A stretch of 64,000 nucleotides of DNA. Origin: Candidatus Colwellbacteria bacterium (GTDB taxonomy: Bacteria > Patescibacteriota > Minisyncoccia > UBA6257 > Colwellbacteraceae). The position numbers and the translations under genes are program-made. Each line of letters starts with the position of its first letter. The first letter of the stretch is position 1. Below, piece after piece: positions 57,093 to 64,000 of this stretch. Location of the stretch: positions 7,240-71,239 of the forward strand of contig JACOXB010000006.1 in assembly GCA_016176505.1 (NCBI GenBank), given 5' to 3'. Below the pieces are notes generated by a model. It saw only the letters and a program-made list of their open reading frames with translations. It did no database searches and had not been told where the DNA came from.

Positions 57093-57130
57093 CATTCCGT
57101 ATAATCACATTATACAGAATGTTATATTAT
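57078..57130. repeat. AT-rich palindrome family P, copy 4 (variant with central CAC and TATAAT)
   Basis: acagaatattataacattccgtataat cac attatacagaatgttatattat. Confidence 0.6.
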
Positions 57131-57169
57131 TATTTTTCTATTCAAAAAGCAGAAGCCTCCAACGAAAAC

Positions 57170-57201
57170 AAAAGGACCCCGACTATAGTCGGGGTCCTTT
57201 T
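57170..57201 (-). terminator. Terminator hairpin at the 3' end of rnpB
   Basis: aaaaggaccccgactatagtcggggtcctttt followed by a T-tract on the minus strand. Confidence 0.55.
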
Positions 57202-57202
57202 G

Positions 57203-57592
57203 TGGAGGCAATCCGTAAGCCGGATTCTGTCGAGGACAGTAATTTATCTAGCTCTTCGATCGCTCTCAGAGTCAAGCGGCACTATCCGACCGAAGTCGGA
57301 CCACGGCCTTGCACTCGGGTAAGGTTTTAGCCGTTTCACTCCAGTCTTTTTATCCCTATAACTGGATTAGGCCGTCTACGTTGGGATCGGGCCTGTCCGA
57401 CCCTTGCAAGTCGGACCGTCACTGTTCGCACCTCTATCCTTACGGACGACGGGCATTACCCGCTACCTTTCTCCGACTATAGTCGGAGTGAGTGTCCGGA
57501 CTTTCCTCCCCATCCTCGAGCTCTAAGGTAAAGAACGATCTTTATCTGGGTTGGAGCTCGTTAGACAGAGCTACTGCCTGGATTACCTCCAG
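57203..57592 (-). ncRNA. rnpB: RNase P RNA (bacterial type A-like)
   Basis: Minus strand contains GGAGGAAAGTCCGGAC (CR-I / P4 5' strand) and GACAGAATCCGGCTTACGG (P4 3' strand / CR-V). P1 pairing is GGAGGTAATCC with GGATTGCCTCC. About 390 nt. Confidence 0.75.
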
Positions 57593-57621
57593 CGAGTTTA
57601 TAGCATAGTGGGTTTTAGATT

Positions 57622-58029
57622 TCAAGATCCTAAAATAGCGTATCCAAAGCCTTGTTGACCAGGCGGTCGGCTATTTTTAGCCCGAGGGATCTGGATAAAT
57701 TTCACATTTTTAAAATCCTGCTTTAAATTCCAGATTTCGATAAAAAATGGTTGGAGCTCCTTGTTTTTAATCTTGTACTCGCCATTTAGCTGGCGAGTTA
57801 AGAGTTCGCTGTCGGTTCTGAGCTCAACTTCAGTCGCGGCGGCTCGCTTTCCACCGAGGAGGTGCTTCGCTTTTTTTAAGGCAAAAACAACGGCTTTATA
57901 TTCAGCTACATTATTAGTGGTCTTGCCGATGGCTTCACCATATTCCTTTTCGCCTACGACTGCGCCAATCGCGGCTGGGCCAGGATTGCCTCTGGCGCCG
58001 CCATCGGTGTAAATTATGAATTTACTCAT
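57622..58029 (-). CDS. rnhA: Ribonuclease HI
   Basis: IYTDGGARGNPGPAAIGAV with D/E/D catalytic residues. Confidence 0.8.
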   Translation of the reverse strand: MSKFIIYTDGGARGNPGPAAIGAVVGEKEYGEAIGKTTNNVAEYKAVVFALKKAKHLLGGKRAAATEVELRTDSELLTRQLNGEYKIKNKELQPFFIEIWNLKQDFKNVKFIQIPRAKNSRPPGQQGFGYAILGS

Positions 58030-58579
58030 TTCCGATTAGTTTAAGAAAAACTTTATAGGCAGTCCTCGCATCATCAAGAGCGCGATGAGGTTGGCCTTGG
58101 TCAACTCGGAAATATTTAGCCAATTGGCCAAGAGTAAGATTGGGTGCTTCGGGTCGCTCGCCTAATGCCATCCAAGCCAAAGAGAAAATATCCAACCCTT
58201 TATAAAAATAATTAGATGGAAGATCTAAATCTTCAACTGCTTTTTGAAGCCACATCCAGTCAAAGGGGAGATTGTTGGCGACCAGGATCGAATCATTAAC
58301 AAATTCTAAGAACTTTTTAACTCCTTCTTCTTTGGAAACAGCATTTTGCCAGTCTTTTTCATTGTAGCCACTGATTGTGAGAGCCTCGGGGTTCGCATCT
58401 TCAAGGCGTTCGGGCTTGATTTTGATCTCGAATTCGCCTAAAGATTTAAATTCTCTGGCCGAAACCCTAATGGCTCCGAGTTCAATGATCTCGGCTTTCA
58501 AGTCGAGCCTAGTGGCTTCGGTGTCGAAAAAGGATAATTCTCTTTCCGCAAGCGGGATGTCAAAATGTTTATAAGGCAT
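58022..58579 (-). CDS. DEDDh 3'-5' exonuclease domain protein (DnaQ-like)
   Basis: Exo I FFDTEATRL, Exo III H..A.DDA motif. Confidence 0.65.
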   Translation of the reverse strand: MPYKHFDIPLAERELSFFDTEATRLDLKAEIIELGAIRVSAREFKSLGEFEIKIKPERLEDANPEALTISGYNEKDWQNAVSKEEGVKKFLEFVNDSILVANNLPFDWMWLQKAVEDLDLPSNYFYKGLDIFSLAWMALGERPEAPNLTLGQLAKYFRVDQGQPHRALDDARTAYKVFLKLIGNE

Positions 58580-59663
58580 GTTTTTTTCTTAAAGCTTCAA
58601 TCGCGGGCAGTTTTTTGCCGGCCAGAAAATCGAGCATCGCGCCGCCGCCGGTAGATAAAAACAAGTTCCTGTTTTTAGTATCTTGTATTTTGTATCTAGT
58701 ATTAAGTATTCCTAGGGAGGTGATGGTTTCGCCGCCGCCGATGATTGTCCTAGCTACTTTGTTTTTTAAGATCGCTCGAGCGATTGCTTCGGTGCCGTGG
58801 CTGAATTTCTTTTGTTCAAAAAGTCCCATTGGGCCGTTCCAAACAATAGTTTTGGCTTGAGCAATAATTTCGGCATAAAGCGCTCTGGTTTCCGGACCAA
58901 TATCAAGAATTTTGCCACCTTCGGTCAGCCAATCAATTGGAGTGACGATTTTTTTATGATTAATAATCGGCTTCAGTTCACGAAGCAAGGCCGGAGCGTG
59001 AAGCGATTTGCCAATATTAAATCCCCTTCCCGCGAGGAAAGTATTAGCTGGTCCGCCGCCCAAGAGAATCCAATCAGCCTTAGGTAACAAATTTTTAATC
59101 ACACCTAATTTATCTTCGGTTTTAGCGCCGCCGATAATGACTACTAGGGGGTGTCGAGGATTATTTTTAACCCGACTCAAATTTTTAACCTCCGCTTTTA
59201 AAATTGGGCCAGCTTGGCTTGGTAGAAATTTTGTAATAGCGACAACAGAGGCGGCTTCACGATGAGCAGTAGCAAAATCATCATTGATATATCGATCGGC
59301 TAAGGTCGAAAGCTGTCTCGCGAGCGTCTGACTGTTTCTGTTTTCGCCAGGCAAGAAACGCAGGTTTTCGAGAAGAAAAACGCTTCGAGGCGGAGATGCG
59401 GCTATTTTTTGCTTGGCCTTATCGAAATTAAAGTCGGGCATGAAAACGACTTTACGGTTTAGGACCCTTGAAAGGACTGGGACGAATGGACGGAGGCTTA
59501 GGGTCCCATCTTTTCCCTTGGGACGGCCGCGGTGGCTTAAAATCACTACTTTATGACCTCTTTTCTGGATGGCCTTAATGGTCGAAACAGCGGCTTTGAA
59601 CCTGAGGTTATCTTTAAAGTTTTTCTCCTTAATATCGAGATTTAGACGCAAAAGATAAGTCAT
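58569..59663 (-). CDS. pgk: Phosphoglycerate kinase
   Basis: N-domain RxDxNVP-like (LRLNLDIK ... SHRGRPKGK), C-terminal GGGA and GGGE motifs. Upstream of tpiA on the same strand. Confidence 0.8.
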   Translation of the reverse strand: MTYLLRLNLDIKEKNFKDNLRFKAAVSTIKAIQKRGHKVVILSHRGRPKGKDGTLSLRPFVPVLSRVLNRKVVFMPDFNFDKAKQKIAASPPRSVFLLENLRFLPGENRNSQTLARQLSTLADRYINDDFATAHREAASVVAITKFLPSQAGPILKAEVKNLSRVKNNPRHPLVVIIGGAKTEDKLGVIKNLLPKADWILLGGGPANTFLAGRGFNIGKSLHAPALLRELKPIINHKKIVTPIDWLTEGGKILDIGPETRALYAEIIAQAKTIVWNGPMGLFEQKKFSHGTEAIARAILKNKVARTIIGGGETITSLGILNTRYKIQDTKNRNLFLSTGGGAMLDFLAGKKLPAIEALRKKHAL

Positions 59664-59704
59664 ACATTAGTAGTATGTAGTATGTAGTATGTAGTAGCAA
59701 CGGG

Positions 59705-59838
59705 ATAAAAAACACCCCGACCGAAGCCGGGGTGCACCAAGCAAGATGGGCAATCCTTGATTAGTGTGTTAGCACCTCCAGAGATTGCCTAACACTCACT
59801 CTAAGTGAAGTATAACAAAAGATAGCTTAAAAGTCAAG
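59705..59838 (-). promoter_or_regulatory. Promoter plus a ~95-nt structured leader ending in an intrinsic terminator, upstream of pgk (attenuator / small-RNA candidate)
   Basis: Minus strand: TTGACT, then 17 bp, then TATACT. Hairpin gtgttagg ... cctaacac. Terminator caccccggc ttcg gtcggggtg plus tttttt, about 40 nt before the pgk start. Confidence 0.35.
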
Positions 59839-59844
59839 CCTTAA

Positions 59845-59990
59845 TTGTCTCGGCCAGTTGCTCTTCAGAAGCAGAATATTTTTACTCCAGCGGCAAAAAT
59901 TTCTTCTCCCTCGGCCAGCTCACTCCGACTAGAGTCGGAGACCAAGCCGAGCTAGGCCTGCGGGATGTTCCCTAGAGCAATCTGCCCGAG
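59845..59990 (-). repeat. Repeat family R1, copy 3 (reverse orientation)
   Basis: Reverse complement matches the 1627-1720 core with 3-4 substitutions. Termini attgctct ... gaagagcaact are inverted repeats of each other. Confidence 0.7.
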
Positions 59991-60001
59991 ATTAAGATGC
60001 T

Positions 60002-60628
60002 TTAGTTGCCTTGGGCCCTCTTCCTGAAGACAATAAATTTATAGCCGATGAAGTTCCAGACTAGGGCGGCGAAAGTGGCAAAGAAGGCGGCGAGGTTTGC
60101 TAGGAGAACTACCGCCATGAACGACTCAATGCCTCCGCTAACGATCAAGGGGATTATCCGCAGAGCACCAGCAGCTACGCCCACATTTATTACTAAGCCG
60201 ACTAGGCTGACCCCTAAAAATTCGATAAATTCTGCCTTCTTCTTCGAACCCGCCTCAAAAGTCCAGTATTTGTTCCAAAAATAACTGTTTATAACAGCCG
60301 CGGTAAATGATATCGCTTTAAAAACCCCGAACCAAAAACCAGCTGCGATGCCGCTCATAATAAATAATAAATTGAGGACGCCGAAGTCCACAAAAGTGTT
60401 TAGGCCGCCGACCACAGCAAATTTACCGATTTGCCAGAGGATCTGGAGCCAGCGACTTAAAAATTTAACTATAAAAAGTCCAACAATGGTTAAAAGTCCT
60501 AGGGTTGAAGCGATGCCAATTTGAATAAGGGTTGGAAGACTCGGAACAAGGTTCAGGACAGTGGGAAACGAAAGAACAGCCACGAGAACCGCGGCCAAAA
60601 CACCAACTTTTAAATCTTTCTTAGACAT
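60002..60628 (-). CDS. GtrA-family membrane protein
   Basis: C-terminal KFAVVGGLNTFVDFGVLNLL GtrA signature with an N-terminal extension of two TM helices. Confidence 0.55.
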   Translation of the reverse strand: MSKKDLKVGVLAAVLVAVLSFPTVLNLVPSLPTLIQIGIASTLGLLTIVGLFIVKFLSRWLQILWQIGKFAVVGGLNTFVDFGVLNLLFIMSGIAAGFWFGVFKAISFTAAVINSYFWNKYWTFEAGSKKKAEFIEFLGVSLVGLVINVGVAAGALRIIPLIVSGGIESFMAVVLLANLAAFFATFAALVWNFIGYKFIVFRKRAQGN

Positions 60629-60635
60629 ATCTATA

Positions 60636-61367
60636 TTATAAACCTTTTATCTTTTTAATTTCTCCTGGCTTTAGGCTCGCGCCACCAACAAGAGCACCGT
60701 CAATCTCTGAGCGAGCTAGGAATGATTTTGCGTTGCGGCTAGTGACTGAACCGCCGTAGAGCACCTTGATAGCTCGTAGCTCGTAGCTCTTAGCCAGTAG
60801 CCATTTTAGATAGGCGATGATTTTAGCGGCTTGGGCAGGCGTGTCAGGCTTGCTTCCCTTCTCCGTACTAATAGCCCAGATGGGCTCATAGACAATTAAC
60901 AAATTCTGTACCCTGTACCTTGTGCCTTGTACCTTGTGCAAATCTTTTTTGAGTTGGTTGCTGAGGAAGCGCTTAATTGCTGCGGGTCCTTGGCGGTGGA
61001 TGGCTTTATCTTCGCCGATACAAAGAATTACTTTAAGGCCGGCTCGAAGTGCGGTCTTCACCTTTTGATTAATTAACTCGTCAGTTTCGTCTAAATAACG
61101 GCGGCGTTCAGAATGGCCGAGAATCACGTATTTAACTTTTAGGTTTTTAAGCTGATCCGGTGAAACTTCGCCAGTAAAAGGGCCGCCTTTATAAAAAGCA
61201 TCTTGGGCGCCAAGGGCGGCGCGTTTGAGAATTCGGCCGACTGATTCAAGATAGGGATAAGGCGGAGCGATAATCGCATTTTTAAAATCACTCGCTTTGG
61301 CTAATTTAACAGCTTCTCGGAGTGTGTTCGGGTTGCTCTTCCAGTTAGCAACGATAAGTTTTGCCAT
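60636..61367 (-). CDS. tpiA: Triose-phosphate isomerase
   Basis: VANWKSN, GHSERR and C-terminal GGS motifs. Confidence 0.85.
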   Translation of the reverse strand: MAKLIVANWKSNPNTLREAVKLAKASDFKNAIIAPPYPYLESVGRILKRAALGAQDAFYKGGPFTGEVSPDQLKNLKVKYVILGHSERRRYLDETDELINQKVKTALRAGLKVILCIGEDKAIHRQGPAAIKRFLSNQLKKDLHKVQGTRYRVQNLLIVYEPIWAISTEKGSKPDTPAQAAKIIAYLKWLLAKSYELRAIKVLYGGSVTSRNAKSFLARSEIDGALVGGASLKPGEIKKIKGL

Positions 61368-61396
61368 TAGTATTCAGTATATCTTATTGGTGATTC

Positions 61397-61981
61397 TTAT
61401 TGCGCCTTGCGCCGCCGGTAAATAAACCAGCCAAGAAAGACTATGAGGGCGACCGCGATTAAGTAATCGAATTTGCGAAAGTAAGGTTCGATCTTAATCC
61501 AGTTTTCGCCCAGGACAAAACCAATATAAGTAAGAAGTAGAGACCAGAGGAAGGAACCGATAAAAGTATAGATTACGAATCGGCCTAGTTTTACTTTAAA
61601 AAGACCGGCTGGGAAAGAAATAAAAGTTCTGACAATCGGAACTAGCCGGCCGATAAAAACCGAGAGCTCGCCAAAACGCTTAAACCAAGCCTCGGCCATT
61701 AGGAAATGCTTTTTACCCTGGAGGCGGGGTTCAAGCGGTCTTGCGAGGGCGTAAGAAATAAGCGAACCTGCCAGATTGCCTAGGGCGCCCACTGTAACGG
61801 CAAACCAAAAATTAAAAGCACCCCGGCTCGCGAGAAATCCGGAAAAAGGCATAATAATTTCCGAAGGAATCGGGATATTAGCGCTTTCAAGGGTCATTAA
61901 GGCGAAAATACCAAGATACCCCCAGCCATTAATAGTGCCTAAGACAAAACTGGAGATTTTTGCGATAAGAGAACCGAACAT
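61397..61981 (-). CDS. DedA / SNARE-associated family membrane protein
   Basis: Conserved DedA core (FAVTVGALGNLAGSLISYALAR) and 4-5 TM helices. Confidence 0.65.
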   Translation of the reverse strand: MFGSLIAKISSFVLGTINGWGYLGIFALMTLESANIPIPSEIIMPFSGFLASRGAFNFWFAVTVGALGNLAGSLISYALARPLEPRLQGKKHFLMAEAWFKRFGELSVFIGRLVPIVRTFISFPAGLFKVKLGRFVIYTFIGSFLWSLLLTYIGFVLGENWIKIEPYFRKFDYLIAVALIVFLGWFIYRRRKAQ

Positions 61982-62976
61982 TAATTCTTCGCGAGGAGCA
62001 GGGCTGCCTCATCCGGATCAACGGGATTGATTTCAATGCCGCTTCCCAGTTCAAAACCGGCCGAAATAGTGGTCCGAGGAATAATTTCAACGTGCCAATG
62101 ATATTGATGATAACGGTTGCGGTTGCGGAGCGGAGCGGTGTGAATATAAAAATTGTAATCCGGCAGCTTAAGTGATCTTTCGAGCTTCTTTAGGGATTTA
62201 CTAAGGACTTCGGCCACGGCTCGAAGTAAGCCATCAGTTGATTCTTCAAAAAACGGGGAATGAGATTTGGGGAAGACTCTCATTTCAAAAGGCTCGCGGC
62301 CGACGAATGGCAAAAAGGCAATAGCATTTTTAGTTTCATACACCACTCGCTTTTTTTCTTTTTTCTCCCAGGCGATCTGAATACAGTGGACACAGGCTTT
62401 ATGTTTTCGAAAATAGTTTTGAGAACCTTCGAGAGAACGGGCAATATCAGGCGGTAGAACCGGAATAGCCAGAAGCTGATAATGGGGATGATAAATTGAA
62501 GAACCGGCTTTAGCGCCCCAGTTTTGAAAAATAGAAATATAGGTTAATTTCTGGTCACGACTTATAGCGAGATAGCGTTCTTTAAAAGTTTGAAAGACGA
62601 GAGCGGCTTCGCTCGGTTTCAGCCTAGGAAAATTATTAAGATGATCGCGAGTAACAATGACTTCGTGGTAGCCAAAAGCCGGAAGAGTGGCAAACGGACC
62701 TCGCTTCTTTATTTTCGGCGACCTACTGCCTGACGGTGAAGGCATGACTGCCGGGTAAATATTCGGGATTACTTGGATGCGCCAATTTTTACCCTTAGGG
62801 TGCTTAAGAATAGCCTCGCGGTTATTTTTCTCTTCCCAATTTTCGAGCGGACAATCTTTCTTCGACGGGATAAGTCTTTTTCCCGTTTCTTTAAACTGTT
62901 GAACCCTTCGGTGGCGGCCTGGAGCAATTAGAATCCAGTCTCCAGAAACTAAATCTTGTCTTAATTCAGGATTCAT
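61981..62976 (-). CDS. galT: Galactose-1-phosphate uridylyltransferase-like (HIT superfamily, GalT type)
   Basis: HPHYQ motif (YHPHYQLLAIP) and zinc-site Cys/His (CPLENW). Confidence 0.65.
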   Translation of the reverse strand: MNPELRQDLVSGDWILIAPGRHRRVQQFKETGKRLIPSKKDCPLENWEEKNNREAILKHPKGKNWRIQVIPNIYPAVMPSPSGSRSPKIKKRGPFATLPAFGYHEVIVTRDHLNNFPRLKPSEAALVFQTFKERYLAISRDQKLTYISIFQNWGAKAGSSIYHPHYQLLAIPVLPPDIARSLEGSQNYFRKHKACVHCIQIAWEKKEKKRVVYETKNAIAFLPFVGREPFEMRVFPKSHSPFFEESTDGLLRAVAEVLSKSLKKLERSLKLPDYNFYIHTAPLRNRNRYHQYHWHVEIIPRTTISAGFELGSGIEINPVDPDEAALLLAKN

Positions 62977-62994
62977 AAGGAATTTGAGTTTTTG

Positions 62995-63141
62995 GTAACC
63001 CTCAGGTAATTGCTCTTCGGAAGCAGAATATTTTTACTCCAGCGGTAAAAATTTCTTCTCCCTCGGCCTGCTCGCTCCGACTAGAGTCGGAGACCAAGCC
63101 GAGCTAGGCCTGCGGGATGTTCCTTAGAGCAACTTACCTTC
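62995..63141 (-). repeat. Repeat family R1, copy 4 (reverse orientation)
   Basis: Near-identical to copy 3 and to the core of copy 1; between the galT start and the PBP stop. Confidence 0.7.
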
Positions 63142-63156
63142 GACCAAAAACTCAAT

Positions 63157-64000
63157 TTATCGAAGTCTATTTTCATAATACCACCTAAAGACATCTCGGG
63201 CGATGGGGACAGCGTTCAGGCTTCCCTCTCTCGCGTCTTCAACAAGAATCAAAATCGCAATCTGGGGATTTAGAGCCGGGGCGTAACCAATAAAAAGGGC
63301 GTTGGTTTTGGTATTACTAGCGATCTGGGCGCTTCCGGTTTTAGCCGCAATCGACATCGGGACATCATTAAGGGCGTGAGCCGTGCCATAAGTTTCGGTG
63401 ACCGCATCAATCATCCCCTCTTCGACTTCACTAAGAGCCGAGCGCCACTCGCCTACATCGAACAAGAGCTCTGGCGAATCGGTTTTCTTAATATGGGGGA
63501 CATAGGCTTGGCCGCCAGTCGCAATTGCGCTTGTGGCAGATAAGAGCTCGATCGGCGTTAAGAGCAAATCTCCCTGACCGATCGAGACGTTATAAGTATC
63601 ACCCACCCGCCAGATCTGGCCAGTTCTTGATTCTTTTTCTTCCGGACTCGGCAAAAAGCCAGCCGCCTCACCGGGTAAATCAATACCGGTCTTTTTATCA
63701 AAGCCGAACTTTTGCCAATATTGCCTTAGTTTTTCAATGCCTACGCCGCGAATATTCTCAAAACCGCCGCCGACAGTGTAGAAATAAACGTTGGAAGAAC
63801 GGGCTAAGGCCGAACGTAAATTAACCCAGCCATGAGCTTTCCAGTCGAGAAATCGGCTCGGTTGATCCGGGAAATAAGGATTTGGGATTTCGATATAACC
63901 AGCTGAGTAAACTGAGGTTTCTGGGCTGACTACGCTTTCGCCGAGAGCCGCTATGGCATGAACCGGTTTAATGGTTGAACCAGGAGCGTAAAGACCGGAA
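63157..64000 (-). CDS. Penicillin-binding protein transpeptidase domain (PBP2/FtsI-like), 5' part beyond the window edge
   Basis: KTGS and C-terminal motifs. The frame stays open upstream of the listed TTG start (FDKKTGIDLPGEAAGFLPSPEEK...), so the gene continues to the window end. Confidence 0.7.
   Translation of the reverse strand, partial: SGLYAPGSTIKPVHAIAALGESVVSPETSVYSAGYIEIPNPYFPDQPSRFLDWKAHGWVNLRSALARSSNVYFYTVGGGFENIRGVGIEKLRQYWQKFGFDKKTGIDLPGEAAGFLPSPEEKESRTGQIWRVGDTYNVSIGQGDLLLTPIELLSATSAIATGGQAYVPHIKKTDSPELLFDVGEWRSALSEVEEGMIDAVTETYGTAHALNDVPMSIAAKTGSAQIASNTKTNALFIGYAPALNPQIAILILVEDAREGSLNAVPIARDVFRWYYENRLR

Noticed and set aside
59664-59700. Short tandem repeat (tagtatg x3) just upstream of the pgk start
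   Set aside because: Only three 7-mer copies. It lies between the leader terminator and the start codon and is probably incidental, though it could contribute a -10-like element.
60900-60945. ctgtaccctgtaccttgtgccttgtacc repeat that looked like a regulatory motif
   Set aside because: It lies inside the tpiA coding sequence. It encodes ...KDLHKVQGTRYRVQN... and is not an intergenic signal.
63525-63824. 99-aa plus-strand ORF
   Set aside because: Lies antisense to the PBP transpeptidase gene, whose reading frame runs unbroken to the window edge.
1-64000. CRISPR array
   Set aside because: The repeats found (R1 and palindrome P) are irregularly spaced, long or palindromic, and lack spacer-repeat periodicity. 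No cas genes apart from a lone Cas4-like nuclease.

Overview
This 64-kb window looks like a small-genome bacterium of roughly 45% GC, with gene content typical of CPR/Patescibacteria-like organisms; the taxonomic guess is inference only. The backbone is housekeeping: ftsX (5' partial), lysA, short dnaX, scpAB, dacA-like, mraY, ftsW, murG, gltX, murC, rpmA, rplI, ctpA, def, fmt, pgk, tpiA, galT and a PBP (partial at the 3' edge). There is also a thiol-disulfide cluster (ArsR, glutaredoxin, TlpA, CcdA). I found two tRNA-Gln genes and RNase P RNA on the minus strand at 57.2 kb. Superimposed on this are: (1) an accessory island at about 34.1-39.1 kb encoding an AbrB-like regulator, an M.EcoRI-family adenine methyltransferase, a DUF262(DGQQR)-HNH nuclease, a ClpP-fold (SDH/S49-like) serine protease and three small proteins (two membrane) - my best candidate for an undescribed defence-type system; (2) a roughly 0.8-kb, extremely GC-rich, hairpin-dense non-coding stretch with its own terminator upstream of lysA; (3) two repeat families, a 100-150 bp structured MITE/REP-like element in 4 copies and an AT-rich 42-bp palindrome carrying TATAAT in 4 copies; (4) many short high-GC islets (Rpf-like transglycosylase, small zinc-ribbon, coiled-coil and membrane proteins, DUF2384 antitoxin) that suggest repeated acquisition from high-GC donors; (5) degenerate tRNA-Gln 3'-end copies flanking a hydrolase gene; (6) an 1188-aa repetitive surface protein. 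All calls rest on reading the sequence and translated ORFs; no database search was run.
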